Assembly (NCBI GenBank): GCA_965240325.2
Contig: OZ251250.1
Coordinates: 558,001 to 622,000 of the forward strand
DNA: 64,000 nt
DNA from: Rebecca billardiae RCC1528
Lineage: Eukaryota > Protista > Haptophyta
Direction of reading: 5' to 3'
Every line of letters begins with the position of its first letter. Positions within the stretch are counted from its first letter, which is position 1. Below are positions 33,313-42,999 of this stretch, piece by piece. The notes beneath the pieces were generated by a model, which saw nothing but the letters and a program-made list of their open reading frames with translations, had not been told where the DNA came from and did no database searches. The position numbers and the translations under genes were made by a program.

Positions 33313-34746
33313 TTAGACGAGGAACGATGACTGACGGCTCGATGGCGGATGATGGCCAGACAGAATCGGTCGGCCCTGCGCGTCGCCCCGTTGCCAGAGG
33401 TACTCCCACCTGGCACTCCGCACTCGCGCCAGCCAGTGCGACTGGTTTTGTGCATGGATGCTATCAACGCCGGCTTGCCGCAGGCACCCCAGCAATCCGC
33501 CGCCTCCAGTAGCACGGACGCTACCATCGGATGCCACGAGACCATGCGGATCACCAATCACGTCGGCCGTCTGGTGGAAATTGCCAGTAGCGGTTGCAGA
33601 TGACCCATTCTTGGCGCTGCGCTGCCAAGCCGGAGCCACGATCAGTGTGCTCGTAGCTACCCCTTTGGGCACCCACTCGCACGCACACGGGGTGAGCACG
33701 TGCGCGGCGGGATCGAGCGAGTCGTTGACGAGAGCAGTGAGAGGGGCGTACCCTGAGTACAGCCTGTTCCCGCAGCGGTGAACGTGACCAGAGTAGATGC
33801 CGAGCTCGACAAGCTCCTCCACAATTGGTCTGAATGTATGATCACAGCGGTTCACGAACATGACGGTGTCGTATCCTGCAGCATGTGCATTGCTCAATGC
33901 ACGAGTCCGCTTCCAGCGGCACAGCGCTCCAGTCAGCGGAATAGGGTCGTAATAATGCTGGGCATTGGACCACCTCACTAAGTCCAAGTGGGAGTCCAAC
34001 ACGAGCGTGCGGCCCATCCTGTACCACAGGCCAGAGCCAGGCGTCCGGTAGTACCACCTGTGCGGCGTCCTCAGACCATACGTCACGTGCTGGACCTCAA
34101 CCCAGCGCGCCGCGTCAGCGAGCCCGTACACGCGGACGGCTTCAGCACTCGTCTCATTCAGCGGCCCCAACGGGGTCGCAAAGGCGGGCGGCGCCATTGG
34201 CTCACGGGGGCTCTCGCACGACACTGAAGTTGAGGTGCTATTGCACAAAGTAGTGCGGCGATAGATGTAGACGGCCATCGTGGGTCTCATCAACGGTCCC
34301 AGACGAAGGTACAGCTCGCCAGCTCGCGGGACTTGCTGACTAGCCAAGCTCGCCGGCCAGCCGCAGTGAGTGACAATGTCCTGTGGCAGATGGCTCGTCC
34401 ATACAACGACTATGTCGCGATCCAAGCGGTCGAGGAAGTCGCTCGCACGCTCGACAGCCTCGTGCCAGTCGCTCGCATTGCCATAGACGGCATCGAGATA
34501 GGCGTGCAGGGTGCTTGGAGGGTGGCGTCTGAACGCAGCGATGATGGCACGGAGCGTGCAGCGCTGGGACTGTCCAGCACCATCGACGCGCTGCTGTTGG
34601 GCTCGAGAGCCCTTGGCCGGCCTGGGCCTCGAATCGGCGGCCCGCGCAGGTGAAGGGGCAGCGCTCACGACGTGAGTTGCGGAGCCGTGCCACTGCACGG
34701 TTGTGAGGCAAACAGCCGCCACGGCTAGGCTGAGGCGAGCCGCCAT
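33313..34746 (-). CDS. Hypothetical secreted or type II membrane protein, 477 aa, intronless
   Basis: ATG-initiated with a hydrophobic N-terminus and a complex globular sequence. Motifs WVEVQH, WYYRTPGSGLWYRMGRT and GYDTVMF. Confidence 0.75.
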   Translation of the reverse strand: MAARLSLAVAAVCLTTVQWHGSATHVVSAAPSPARAADSRPRPAKGSRAQQQRVDGAGQSQRCTLRAIIAAFRRHPPSTLHAYLDAVYGNASDWHEAVERASDFLDRLDRDIVVVWTSHLPQDIVTHCGWPASLASQQVPRAGELYLRLGPLMRPTMAVYIYRRTTLCNSTSTSVSCESPREPMAPPAFATPLGPLNETSAEAVRVYGLADAARWVEVQHVTYGLRTPHRWYYRTPGSGLWYRMGRTLVLDSHLDLVRWSNAQHYYDPIPLTGALCRWKRTRALSNAHAAGYDTVMFVNRCDHTFRPIVEELVELGIYSGHVHRCGNRLYSGYAPLTALVNDSLDPAAHVLTPCACEWVPKGVATSTLIVAPAWQRSAKNGSSATATGNFHQTADVIGDPHGLVASDGSVRATGGGGLLGCLRQAGVDSIHAQNQSHWLARVRSARWEYLWQRGDAQGRPILSGHHPPSSRQSSFLV

Positions 34747-34962
34747 CGTTATTTATTTGCCGCCCACGAGGGTTCCCGCCCGCGGGCCCGCGCGGGGCAC
34801 CTTTTATTGCCGACGCGTGCTGGCAAAAATGCGCAAAATACGTACCACCCCATCCGCGCTTGGCCCCCGCGGTACCGGCGAGGCCGCAGGGCGAGAGTCG
34901 AGCACGCGCCGCCATCGTCGCGGCCGGCAGGTCGGGCGCGCCCACGCCCTAGCCCTTCCGGC

Positions 34963-36444
34963 TCAGCACATGAAGGGCAGGCCGCCGGGCGGCGTCTCGC
35001 GCATCCGCTTGTCCAACACAAACGACCGGCCCTCCGGCCGGCTGTGGCTTGCGCACCAGAGCGCGTCCAGGGAGGCGTACGGGACGACGCAGTCGCCGCC
35101 CTTGAACGCGTTGGAGAGCGCGAGCGCGTGCCGGAACATGTTCGACGTGTGCTTGCCCACCAGCGCGTCCGCGTCCGCGAGCAGTAGCAGGTCCGTCATG
35201 AAGGCGCGCGCGTCCGCGCCGAAATCGAATGACGAGCGCAAATCGCTTCGTCGGTCGCCGCCGCCGCCGCGGCCCGCGCCGCCGCCGCCGCCGCCGCTCG
35301 CGGCGTTGCCGGCGGCGACGACGTCGTCCATGTGGCCGACGTAGTACATCGAGCGGTTCAGCTCGAGCGCGTACACCCGCTCCGCACCGCGCACGCCCAG
35401 CAGCTCCGCCGCGCGCGCGCGCGCCTCGCTCACAACTCGCTGATCGTCCGTTGCGATGAACACGGCATGGATGGCGTGCGCGCGCACGAGCGCGCGCACG
35501 TGCGGCGCGTACTCGGCGAGCCCGTCGCACCGCCTGCCGCGGTGCTTGTCGAGCACGCCGAGGGCGTGCCCGCTGCCCCGCCGCCGCGTCAGGCACGTGT
35601 CGCCATGCCGCACGTGCAAGCCGAGCACGCGCTGGCCGCGGGTCCAGCCCATGGCACGCTGCGCGGCGCGCGCGCGCTCGAGCGCCTCGCGCGTCGGGCG
35701 GAGGAGGCGCGCGGCGACCATCGAGGTCCACCAGAAGAGGCTGGCGTACCGGTCGTGCGGCGACGGCACGCGCGCCTCCATGGCCGCCGACCGCCCCGTC
35801 GCGCTCACGACAGCCGTCGCGCGCGGGTCGTGGACGCGGCCGCCTGAACACTCGAGCGTTGGGCGCGTGTCGAGGGCTGCGCTCAGGCTGGGCTTGCGCA
35901 GCCCCGGCCTCGAGTACTCGGCGTCGTCGAAGGCCTGCTGGGTCGCGTACGCGTTCGCAAAGGGCTTGAAGAGCGAGCCGATCTCCGCGCCGATGCCGAA
36001 TAACGAGCGCATGTGCGCCCGCATCGCGCACGCCTGCGGGTGGCCCCAAGAGAGATGGGGGCACGGTGCGGCCGGCGCGCGCGGCGGCACGCCGCCCGTG
36101 CACTCGCAGCCGCAGCGCGCGAGGTGGTCGAACTCGCGCTGGAGCGCGAGCGCCCGACGGTCCAGCGTGCACGCCCGGAACACGCCGGCGCCGGTCGTCC
36201 CCAGCGACGTGCGCGTCTCGGGGAAGCTCGTGCGCGTGCGCTCGCCGGCGGCCGACACGTTCAGAATCGTCGCCGGCGCGCCGATGCGCCGTGAGGGCGG
36301 CTCGTCGGCGAGGTCTAGGCCGCGTAAGTAGCCAATCGCGTCATCCTGCCGAGACGGCGCCGTGCGCGCCACGCCGGCCCACCACGCGCTCCAGGCAAGC
36401 ACCGCCATGATGCACGACCGCGGTCGGCCGCGGCCGCCCGCCAT
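34963..36444 (-). CDS. Alpha-1,6-fucosyltransferase-like protein (GT23/NodZ-type GDP-fucose transferase), about 493 aa, intronless
   Basis: Motif I 'VLGLHVRHGD', motif II 'VFIATDD', motif III 'DLLLLADADALVGKHTSNMFRHAL'. N-terminal hydrophobic anchor. Confidence 0.85.
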   Translation of the reverse strand: MAGGRGRPRSCIMAVLAWSAWWAGVARTAPSRQDDAIGYLRGLDLADEPPSRRIGAPATILNVSAAGERTRTSFPETRTSLGTTGAGVFRACTLDRRALALQREFDHLARCGCECTGGVPPRAPAAPCPHLSWGHPQACAMRAHMRSLFGIGAEIGSLFKPFANAYATQQAFDDAEYSRPGLRKPSLSAALDTRPTLECSGGRVHDPRATAVVSATGRSAAMEARVPSPHDRYASLFWWTSMVAARLLRPTREALERARAAQRAMGWTRGQRVLGLHVRHGDTCLTRRRGSGHALGVLDKHRGRRCDGLAEYAPHVRALVRAHAIHAVFIATDDQRVVSEARARAAELLGVRGAERVYALELNRSMYYVGHMDDVVAAGNAASGGGGGGAGRGGGGDRRSDLRSSFDFGADARAFMTDLLLLADADALVGKHTSNMFRHALALSNAFKGGDCVVPYASLDALWCASHSRPEGRSFVLDKRMRETPPGGLPFMC

Positions 36445-36526
36445 CGCTGCAACGCCAACGCCGCCTTCCCGACCGGCAGGACGGGAAGGCCCGGATTTCA
36501 GCAGCCAGGTCGTGGCGGCGATCGGC

Positions 36527-38304
36527 ATGGACGGCTGTGTCACGCCCGATGCGGGGGCGGGCCCCGCGCTCTGCCACCTGCCAGCAGACGCGCTCGCGCG
36601 TGTGCTTGGCTTCCTCGAGGATGCGCGTGATCTGGCGAGTACCAACGCGTCGTGCCGCCTCTTCCGCGGCGCGCCTGGCGGGCACTCGCCCGTCGAGCGC
36701 TCGCTGCGCGAGCGCGCGACAGCGCGCGGGCACGAGCGCGCGCTGCCGGACGCGCTGCCGACGGGCGCGTGCTCGTGGGTCGAGGTGCTGCTCGCGCACG
36801 AGCGCGTGCTCGAGATGGCCACGTATCACGCGTGCGCCGCCGCGTGCAATCGGTGTGGCGAGGAGTACTGCGCGGAGTACGTCATCGAATTCAGCGCGCT
36901 TGTGGACGCGGACGGCAGGCTCAGGACGGCACGTGCGGCGAGCGTCTGCTCGACGAGGTGTACGACGAGGACGACGTGCTGAAGGTGCCTGCCGTGCTCG
37001 GCCACCCGGACGCCGCGGAGGAGGTGCTCCGCCCGACACCTGTCGCCTCGCTCGCGGCAGTGCGTGCGTGCGCAGTAGCGGCGGGCTACGAGCACCTGCT
37101 CGCGCTGAGCGACGGCGGCGCTGTGTACGCGTGCGTTGACAACAGCCACGGCGAGCTGGGGCTGGGCGACAAGAGCGCGCGCCGCGAGTTTGCGCACGCG
37201 CAGGCGCTGCGGGATGTGCTCGTCGTGGGCGTTGCTGCCGGCGGCTTTCAAAGCCTCGCGCTCGGCGCCAACGGCTGTGCGTACAGCTGGGGTACCAACG
37301 CAGACGGCCAGCTCGGCCACGGCGACACGGAGGAGCGGTGGGAGCCGACGCGCATCGAGGCGCTGCACGGCGTGCGCGTGGGCGGCATGTCCGCCGGTGG
37401 TCTCTTCACGCTGCTCCTCACCACGGACGGGGACGTGTACTCCTGCGGCTCCGCCTTAGCCGGCCAGCTTGGCCACGGCGACCAGCAGGATCAGCGCATG
37501 CCAAGGCGCATCGAGGCACTTGCGGGCGTGCGCGCCGTGCACGTGAGCGCGGGCGCGTCGCACAGCCTGGTGGTGGACGCTGCCGGCCGGGTGCACGGCC
37601 TCGGGCGCAACAGTCTCGATCGTTGCCTTGAGCACGCAGATGCGAATTTCCTGGACACGCCCGTCGTCGTCAGCGCGCTGGCGGGCGTGCACGCCGTGCG
37701 CGCGTGCGCTGGGTGTGGGTGCAGCTCTGTCGTGGGCGCGGACGGCAGCGTGTACACGTTCGGGAGCGACATGCGAGGCCAGCTGGGAGCAGGCGTCGTC
37801 GCGGCCGACGAGCCCCTGCCTCCGATGCGCGTGGCCGCCTTGGCAGGTCAGCGCGTGGTGGACTGCTCCCTTGGGAGTTCCCACTCGCTCCTCGCGACGG
37901 CGGACGGGCACGCGTACTCGTGCGGCGAGCTGTCGGGCGCGCTCGGGCACGGAGTTCGAACCCCTCCTGACAGTGAACCTGCTGACGCCCTCGTCACCAC
38001 GGAGCCGGATGCAGACAAGCCCATCCCTCTGGACCGCCCGCTCCTGCCGCTCTGGCGTCGCTGGGCGGCTGCTGCGCGACGGCGGTCGATGGCACTGGCC
38101 TTATCGGGCCCGAACGATGCCTGCCACTGTACGGCCCCCAGGCCCGCGGGCAACACGGTCAGACGACGTGCCAGTGCATCCGCCATCAGCATGGCATCAC
38201 AAGGCGGCGGCGCATCACTAGTGACACTAGGCGCGCTGCCAACACTGCGGCGCGTGGCCGACTTAGGCCGGCGGGAGTTGGCCACTTGGCTCCGAATCAT
38301 ATGA
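36527..38304 (+). pseudogene. Frameshifted paralogue of the F-box-like/RCC1 gene at 18002-19585
   Basis: Colinear similarity (LPADALARVLGFL..ARDLASTNASCRLFRG..SPVE; WEPTRIEAL). Five extra nt (ACGGC, about 36926-36930) split it between two frames. Confidence 0.8.
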
Positions 38305-38626
38305 ACTCGTTCGGGGGACGCGGATACGGCGACGCCCGCCGGCCACGGGCGAATTCGAGACGGACGGCGAATATCGTCAGTCACGTCGTCGTAGTATATA
38401 TATATATATACTGATATGATCGGCTACGCCGATCTTCGGGTAGTAAACAACGAAGTTGAGGGCGCACGGCCCTGGTAGTTAAAGTGAGTCTAGTAGTTGT
38501 CGTGCGCATTCTTCACCGCCGAATCACGTGATGCGCGCGCCCCGGGCGCGTCGCCGTGCAGGAGGCGCGGGCGCGAGTAATCGACGCGATCGACGGCCTC
38601 GGGGGGCTGCGCCGTGTCGCGGCTCT

Positions 38627-40045
38627 TCATTCAGTCTTCACGCAGCCGGCGTGCCCCTCGAGCGCGCGCACGCACTCTGACTCGGCGGTGTCCCACGCCC
38701 ACAGCCGCACGACCGCGTCGCTGTCGTCGCCCGCGCTCGCCGCGACGCGCCCGTCGGCCGAGAGTGCGACCGCCTCCACCCAGCCGGCGTGCGCTAGCAG
38801 CACAGCCTCGCACGGCCCGCGCGCGGCGAGCAGGGGCGCTCGCGCGCAGTGCTCGCGCCCGCGCGCCCAGCTGGCGCGGGCGGCCGGGTGCGTGGCGCGC
38901 GGCGCGCGCCGCGCCCACGCGGTCGCGGACTCGTGCGGCGCCGAGCCAACCGGCTGCTCGAGGCACAGCGCGAGGCAGCGGCCCGGCGCCGTGGCGGCGG
39001 CGGAGGCGCTCAGCCGCGCGAGCTGCAGCCAGTCCGCGACGCGCGCGCGCAGCGCCGCAGCCTCCGCGCGCGCGGCCGCGCCCGGCTCGCCGCCGCCGCC
39101 GCCGCGCGCGTCGGCGTCGGCGAGCGCCGCGGCCGTGTCCGCGAGGTCGCGCACGTACTCGGTCTCGAGGCCGTGCCGCGCGCGCGCCCCCCACCCGTCC
39201 GCGCCCGCGTCGGTGAGCTCGCGCGCCGCGTCGGCCGCGCGCCCGGCCGCGAGCAGCGCTTGCACTAGCTCCTCGCACCGGCGCACATTGAGCACGGCGG
39301 CGTCGCGGCCGGCGAAGGCCGAGGCGCGCGGCGGAGAGGAGCAGGGGCTGCGGCGCGACGCGCCGCCGCCCGTCCTCGCCGCCGGTGGCCTTCGGGTGGC
39401 GCAGCGGTTTGGCGGCCTCGCCCGCCCACGTGCCAGCCCAGAAATCTGCGAGCGCGTGCGCGTCGGCCGCGCGGGCGTACCGTGCCGCCGCCGCCTCGGC
39501 CACCTGATGAGGCGGTGGTACCAGCGCAAACAAAGGGCCGTCGCCGCCGGCGGCGAGCAGCAAGCCGAGCGCGTCGCGCACGGCGAGCCACACGGGCAGC
39601 CGCACCACCGCCGGCACCCAGAACTCGAACACGGACGCCAGCACGTCCTCGTGCAGAGAGAGCGAGCCTCCTCCAGCTCGGCACTCGAGAGGCCGCGGCG
39701 CGACGCGCAGATGGCGCCGCACGCGCGCCGCACGAGCATCGCGCCGTGCAGCCGCTCGACGCGCTCGAAGGTGGCGGCGACGGCGGCGCGCGCGTCGGCG
39801 GGCAGGTGCGCGGGCGGCGGCTCGCCCGAGCGCCACTCCGCCGCCGCGTCGGCGAGCAGCACGGCGTGCAGCGCGCTCGGCGCCTCTCCGAGTGCCGAGC
39901 GCACCGCCTCGGCCTGCCGCGCGTCGAGCGTGCGCCCCGCCGCGCCGAGCCGGCCTCGCACCACCGCCTCCGCGTCCGCCGCCGAGAGCCCGCCGAGCTG
40001 CAGCGCGGGCACGCCCAGCTGCGCGAGCCGCGTCGCGCACCCGTA
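38627..40045 (-). pseudogene. Degraded NACHT-WD40 (NWD1/NWD2/TEP1-like) gene fragment
   Basis: 'FERVERLHGAMLVRRACGAICASRRGLSSAELEE / LSLHEDVLASVFEFWVPAVVRLP / WYHR / LADFWAGTW / RRVAPQPL / NVRRCEEL' is spread over shifting frames. One and a half WD40 repeats are followed by a stop. No P-loop. Confidence 0.8.
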
Positions 40046-40507
40046 ACGGTAGCCGCCAGCGTCACCGCCAGCGTCACCGCCAGCGTCAGCGCCCGAGTCG
40101 ATCTGCGCCAAAAAGGACAGAGTCAAGAAGCGTGTCGCCGAGCGGCGCGGTGGAGACTCACCGTGGAGAGCAGCGCGGAGTAGCGCACGCGCTCGCCGCC
40201 CTCAAGCACCGCCTCGTGCTCGTGCGCCGCGAACGAGCGGCTCGCGCCGCCGTCCTCGCTGGAGCCCGACGTGACGACGCGGCTCCGCGGTCTGCGCGCG
40301 CGCAGCCGCGCAAGCACCTGGGTATTTTTCGACCACGCTTGTCCCTAAGTGCGGCAGCTCAAAAAATGGCGTTTCGCTTCAAAGAATAATCGAATATACC
40401 AGCACCCTATGGGGGTTGAAAGAGATCGTACCTGTGCAAATACAAGAATTGATTGCCACCCGCATTGACGTCGCGCATCCGAGTAAGCTAGAGTGACCAA
40501 GAGTATA

Positions 40508-42227
40508 TTAGGGGGGCCAAACCGCCCATTTAAAAATGAAAAGCAAAGTCGCGTCGCATTTTCGCTCCGCCCTCGGCCTTTTAGGGTGGCGCGGAGCCTT
40601 TTTCTCGGACCCCGCTCGAAAATCGAGCTCCGACGCCGTCGGACGCTCAGAGCTCGGTTCCGCTCCAGCGCGAGCGGCCGGAGGCAGTGGACCGCCGCGC
40701 GCTCGCGACCTTTGAGACGCCGAGATGGTCTCGGGTGCGCGCGCGCGTGACGCTGGTGTGCGCTACTGACCCGTGCCTTTGCGCCACCAGCGGCTCACCA
40801 CCCGCTTCTTGGCCATCTCGCGCCGTGCGCGGCGCGCGTCGGCCGGCTTGAATTGGCGCGCTGCGTGCGCCCGTCACGCTACCGCACGGTGTGGCTCATG
40901 ATCAACTCGCACAGTTGAGATCGATGCTCGCACCAAGTGCCCATGTATGTATGTGGATGCCCAGCTCGCCTAACCTGCCCTGCTGCGCCGGAATCGCCGT
41001 CAGCAGACCGGCGCGAGCTCGCGCGCAACACCTCCGCGGAGCTCGCAACTGTCATGTTCCGCTTGTAGGGCCCGTGTTTGCACCTGCCGTGGCACTTGCG
41101 ATGGTCAGTACGTTGGGTATGGGTCACGTGTGCCCTCTGATGGCGTCTGGGCGCCTCCCATTCGCCTCTCAGGACGTCGCGGGGCGTGCTCGCAGGCAGC
41201 GGTTGGCTCATTCGACAGGTCCGACGTGCACTCGACCGTGCCTGCAAGCGCGCCCCTGTGACGCTCATGCCTGCAGAAGCAGATGCAGATGGGCCCTCAT
41301 GCACCCTGGTGCGCCCAAGACCGGCGGGAGCGTCAGAGACCGTCTCAATCTTGACACCTTGCACACGCCGGCGCTTGCCGGTGGGCTCCGCGCAGCCAGC
41401 CAGGAGCGCCGAACAGCGCCGGATCAGCCTCTGTAGGCCGAATATCCGCCCCTAAGCCCAGAAATAGCGCGGAACAGGGTAGTGCGTACCTATATGGACC
41501 AATCCCATCCAGCCTGGTTTGGTGCAGACACGCCAGCCACCGCCTGGAGCAGACGTTTGCTGCCGAATCGCATGCTCGGCACTGTGCCGCACTGCGACGA
41601 CGACAGATTTGACCTGCCTCGTAGGTCTCGGCCAGGGAGCGGTGACGGTTGGCTCGAGTCACTTTAAACCTTGACTATGACCGAGAGCACTCCCGGGCTA
41701 AGGACGTGGGGCCGGTGCTTTGGGTCTACTATGTCTGCAATACGCCGTACGCGTGGCCGTATACACAGTCTGAAAACGTATCTCGCAGCTCGAGATCAGA
41801 CGAGGCTGTATTCATCAGCATGGCGCCTATATACACAGTTGGTATGTAACGATCGGTGGCTTCTAGGAAACTACATATTTGACAGCCTGCCAGTACACAG
41901 CCTATATCGCATGTTGGGACCTGCTGCTGCTGGGGACTCAGAACGATCTCGCTGAGATGCTCTATCAAAGTGAGGTCGACATGGTCTATATGTCACATAT
42001 AGGACGACCGTTACATACCGTTTCCAATAAGTTCAGGCTCATTCTAATAAGTAAATATGCTAGCCGTTACGCCCTATATTCAGGGTATGTGCACCTGATT
42101 TTTTTACATGGCCGGCCCAGACCCCTCCAGAGGGCAAATGATCCAGCCCGAAATCAGCTCTAAACACTCGCTAGGACCCGCGCTCGTGGCCGTCAGTAAC
42201 GCTACAGTGCCACTTTGGCCCCCCTAA
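40508..42227. mobile_element. Putative ~1.7-kb non-autonomous TIR element (TTAGGGGGGCCAAA ends, TA context)
   Basis: 40508-40521 is the reverse complement of 42214-42227 and both are flanked by TATA. The interior has no intact ORF. Confidence 0.6.
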
Positions 42228-42999
42228 GTATATCACTCAATATCAGCGTGGCGGGAACGCCGGTTCGGGCTACCCGCGCAATGACATCTCGTGTGTATGA
42301 ATCAAGGGTAATCAAGGGGCTTAAACCCGCCACTGAGAAGCTGACGGTTCATGACTTCATATGCCGGCATAATACTTTAATTCAAGCGACATAAAAGCCG
42401 ACCCAACTTCTCTTTTCTATGGTTGGCGAGCTGTTTCAGGCTCTTCACAGCAACGATTTCTTTTTTAAAGCGGCCGTTAAGGAAACTCCAACAAATGAAT
42501 TTTCGGCCGTTAACGGCTGAATCTGGTGGTCCGGGCCAAATCCCGAGAGCGTTCGTCGCTCGGCGTCGCACGGACGCCGTCGCAGGGCTTGGCGAGCGGA
42601 CGTTCGACTCGCGGTGCGAGCGCGCGCCGTGCGTGCGCGTGTGGCGGCGTCCACGTCGCCGCTGCGCCACCGGTGCTCTAATCGCGGGTGTTCCCCAACC
42701 TATCCCCCGCCTGCCCCGCACCCGCTCCGCGTCCCGACGCGCCACACCGATCTACTTTGCTAGGTCTGTTCGTAACACGGTGCGAATTCGCGCCCGCCCG
42801 CACGCCGCTGCGCGCGGGGATGCAGGAAGTGTATGGAGGGGCGCGGAGTTGTTATTCAGGCGGCGGGTTACTCGTGATGCACGCACATGCGCAGCGGGAA
42901 CGCTTACTTTTGCATGGGTGACCGGGAATTTGCATCAGACTAACTTGCTGCGGCTGCGCCCGGCACGGCCGCGCCGGACCGCGCTCGCCGCGCGCAGCA

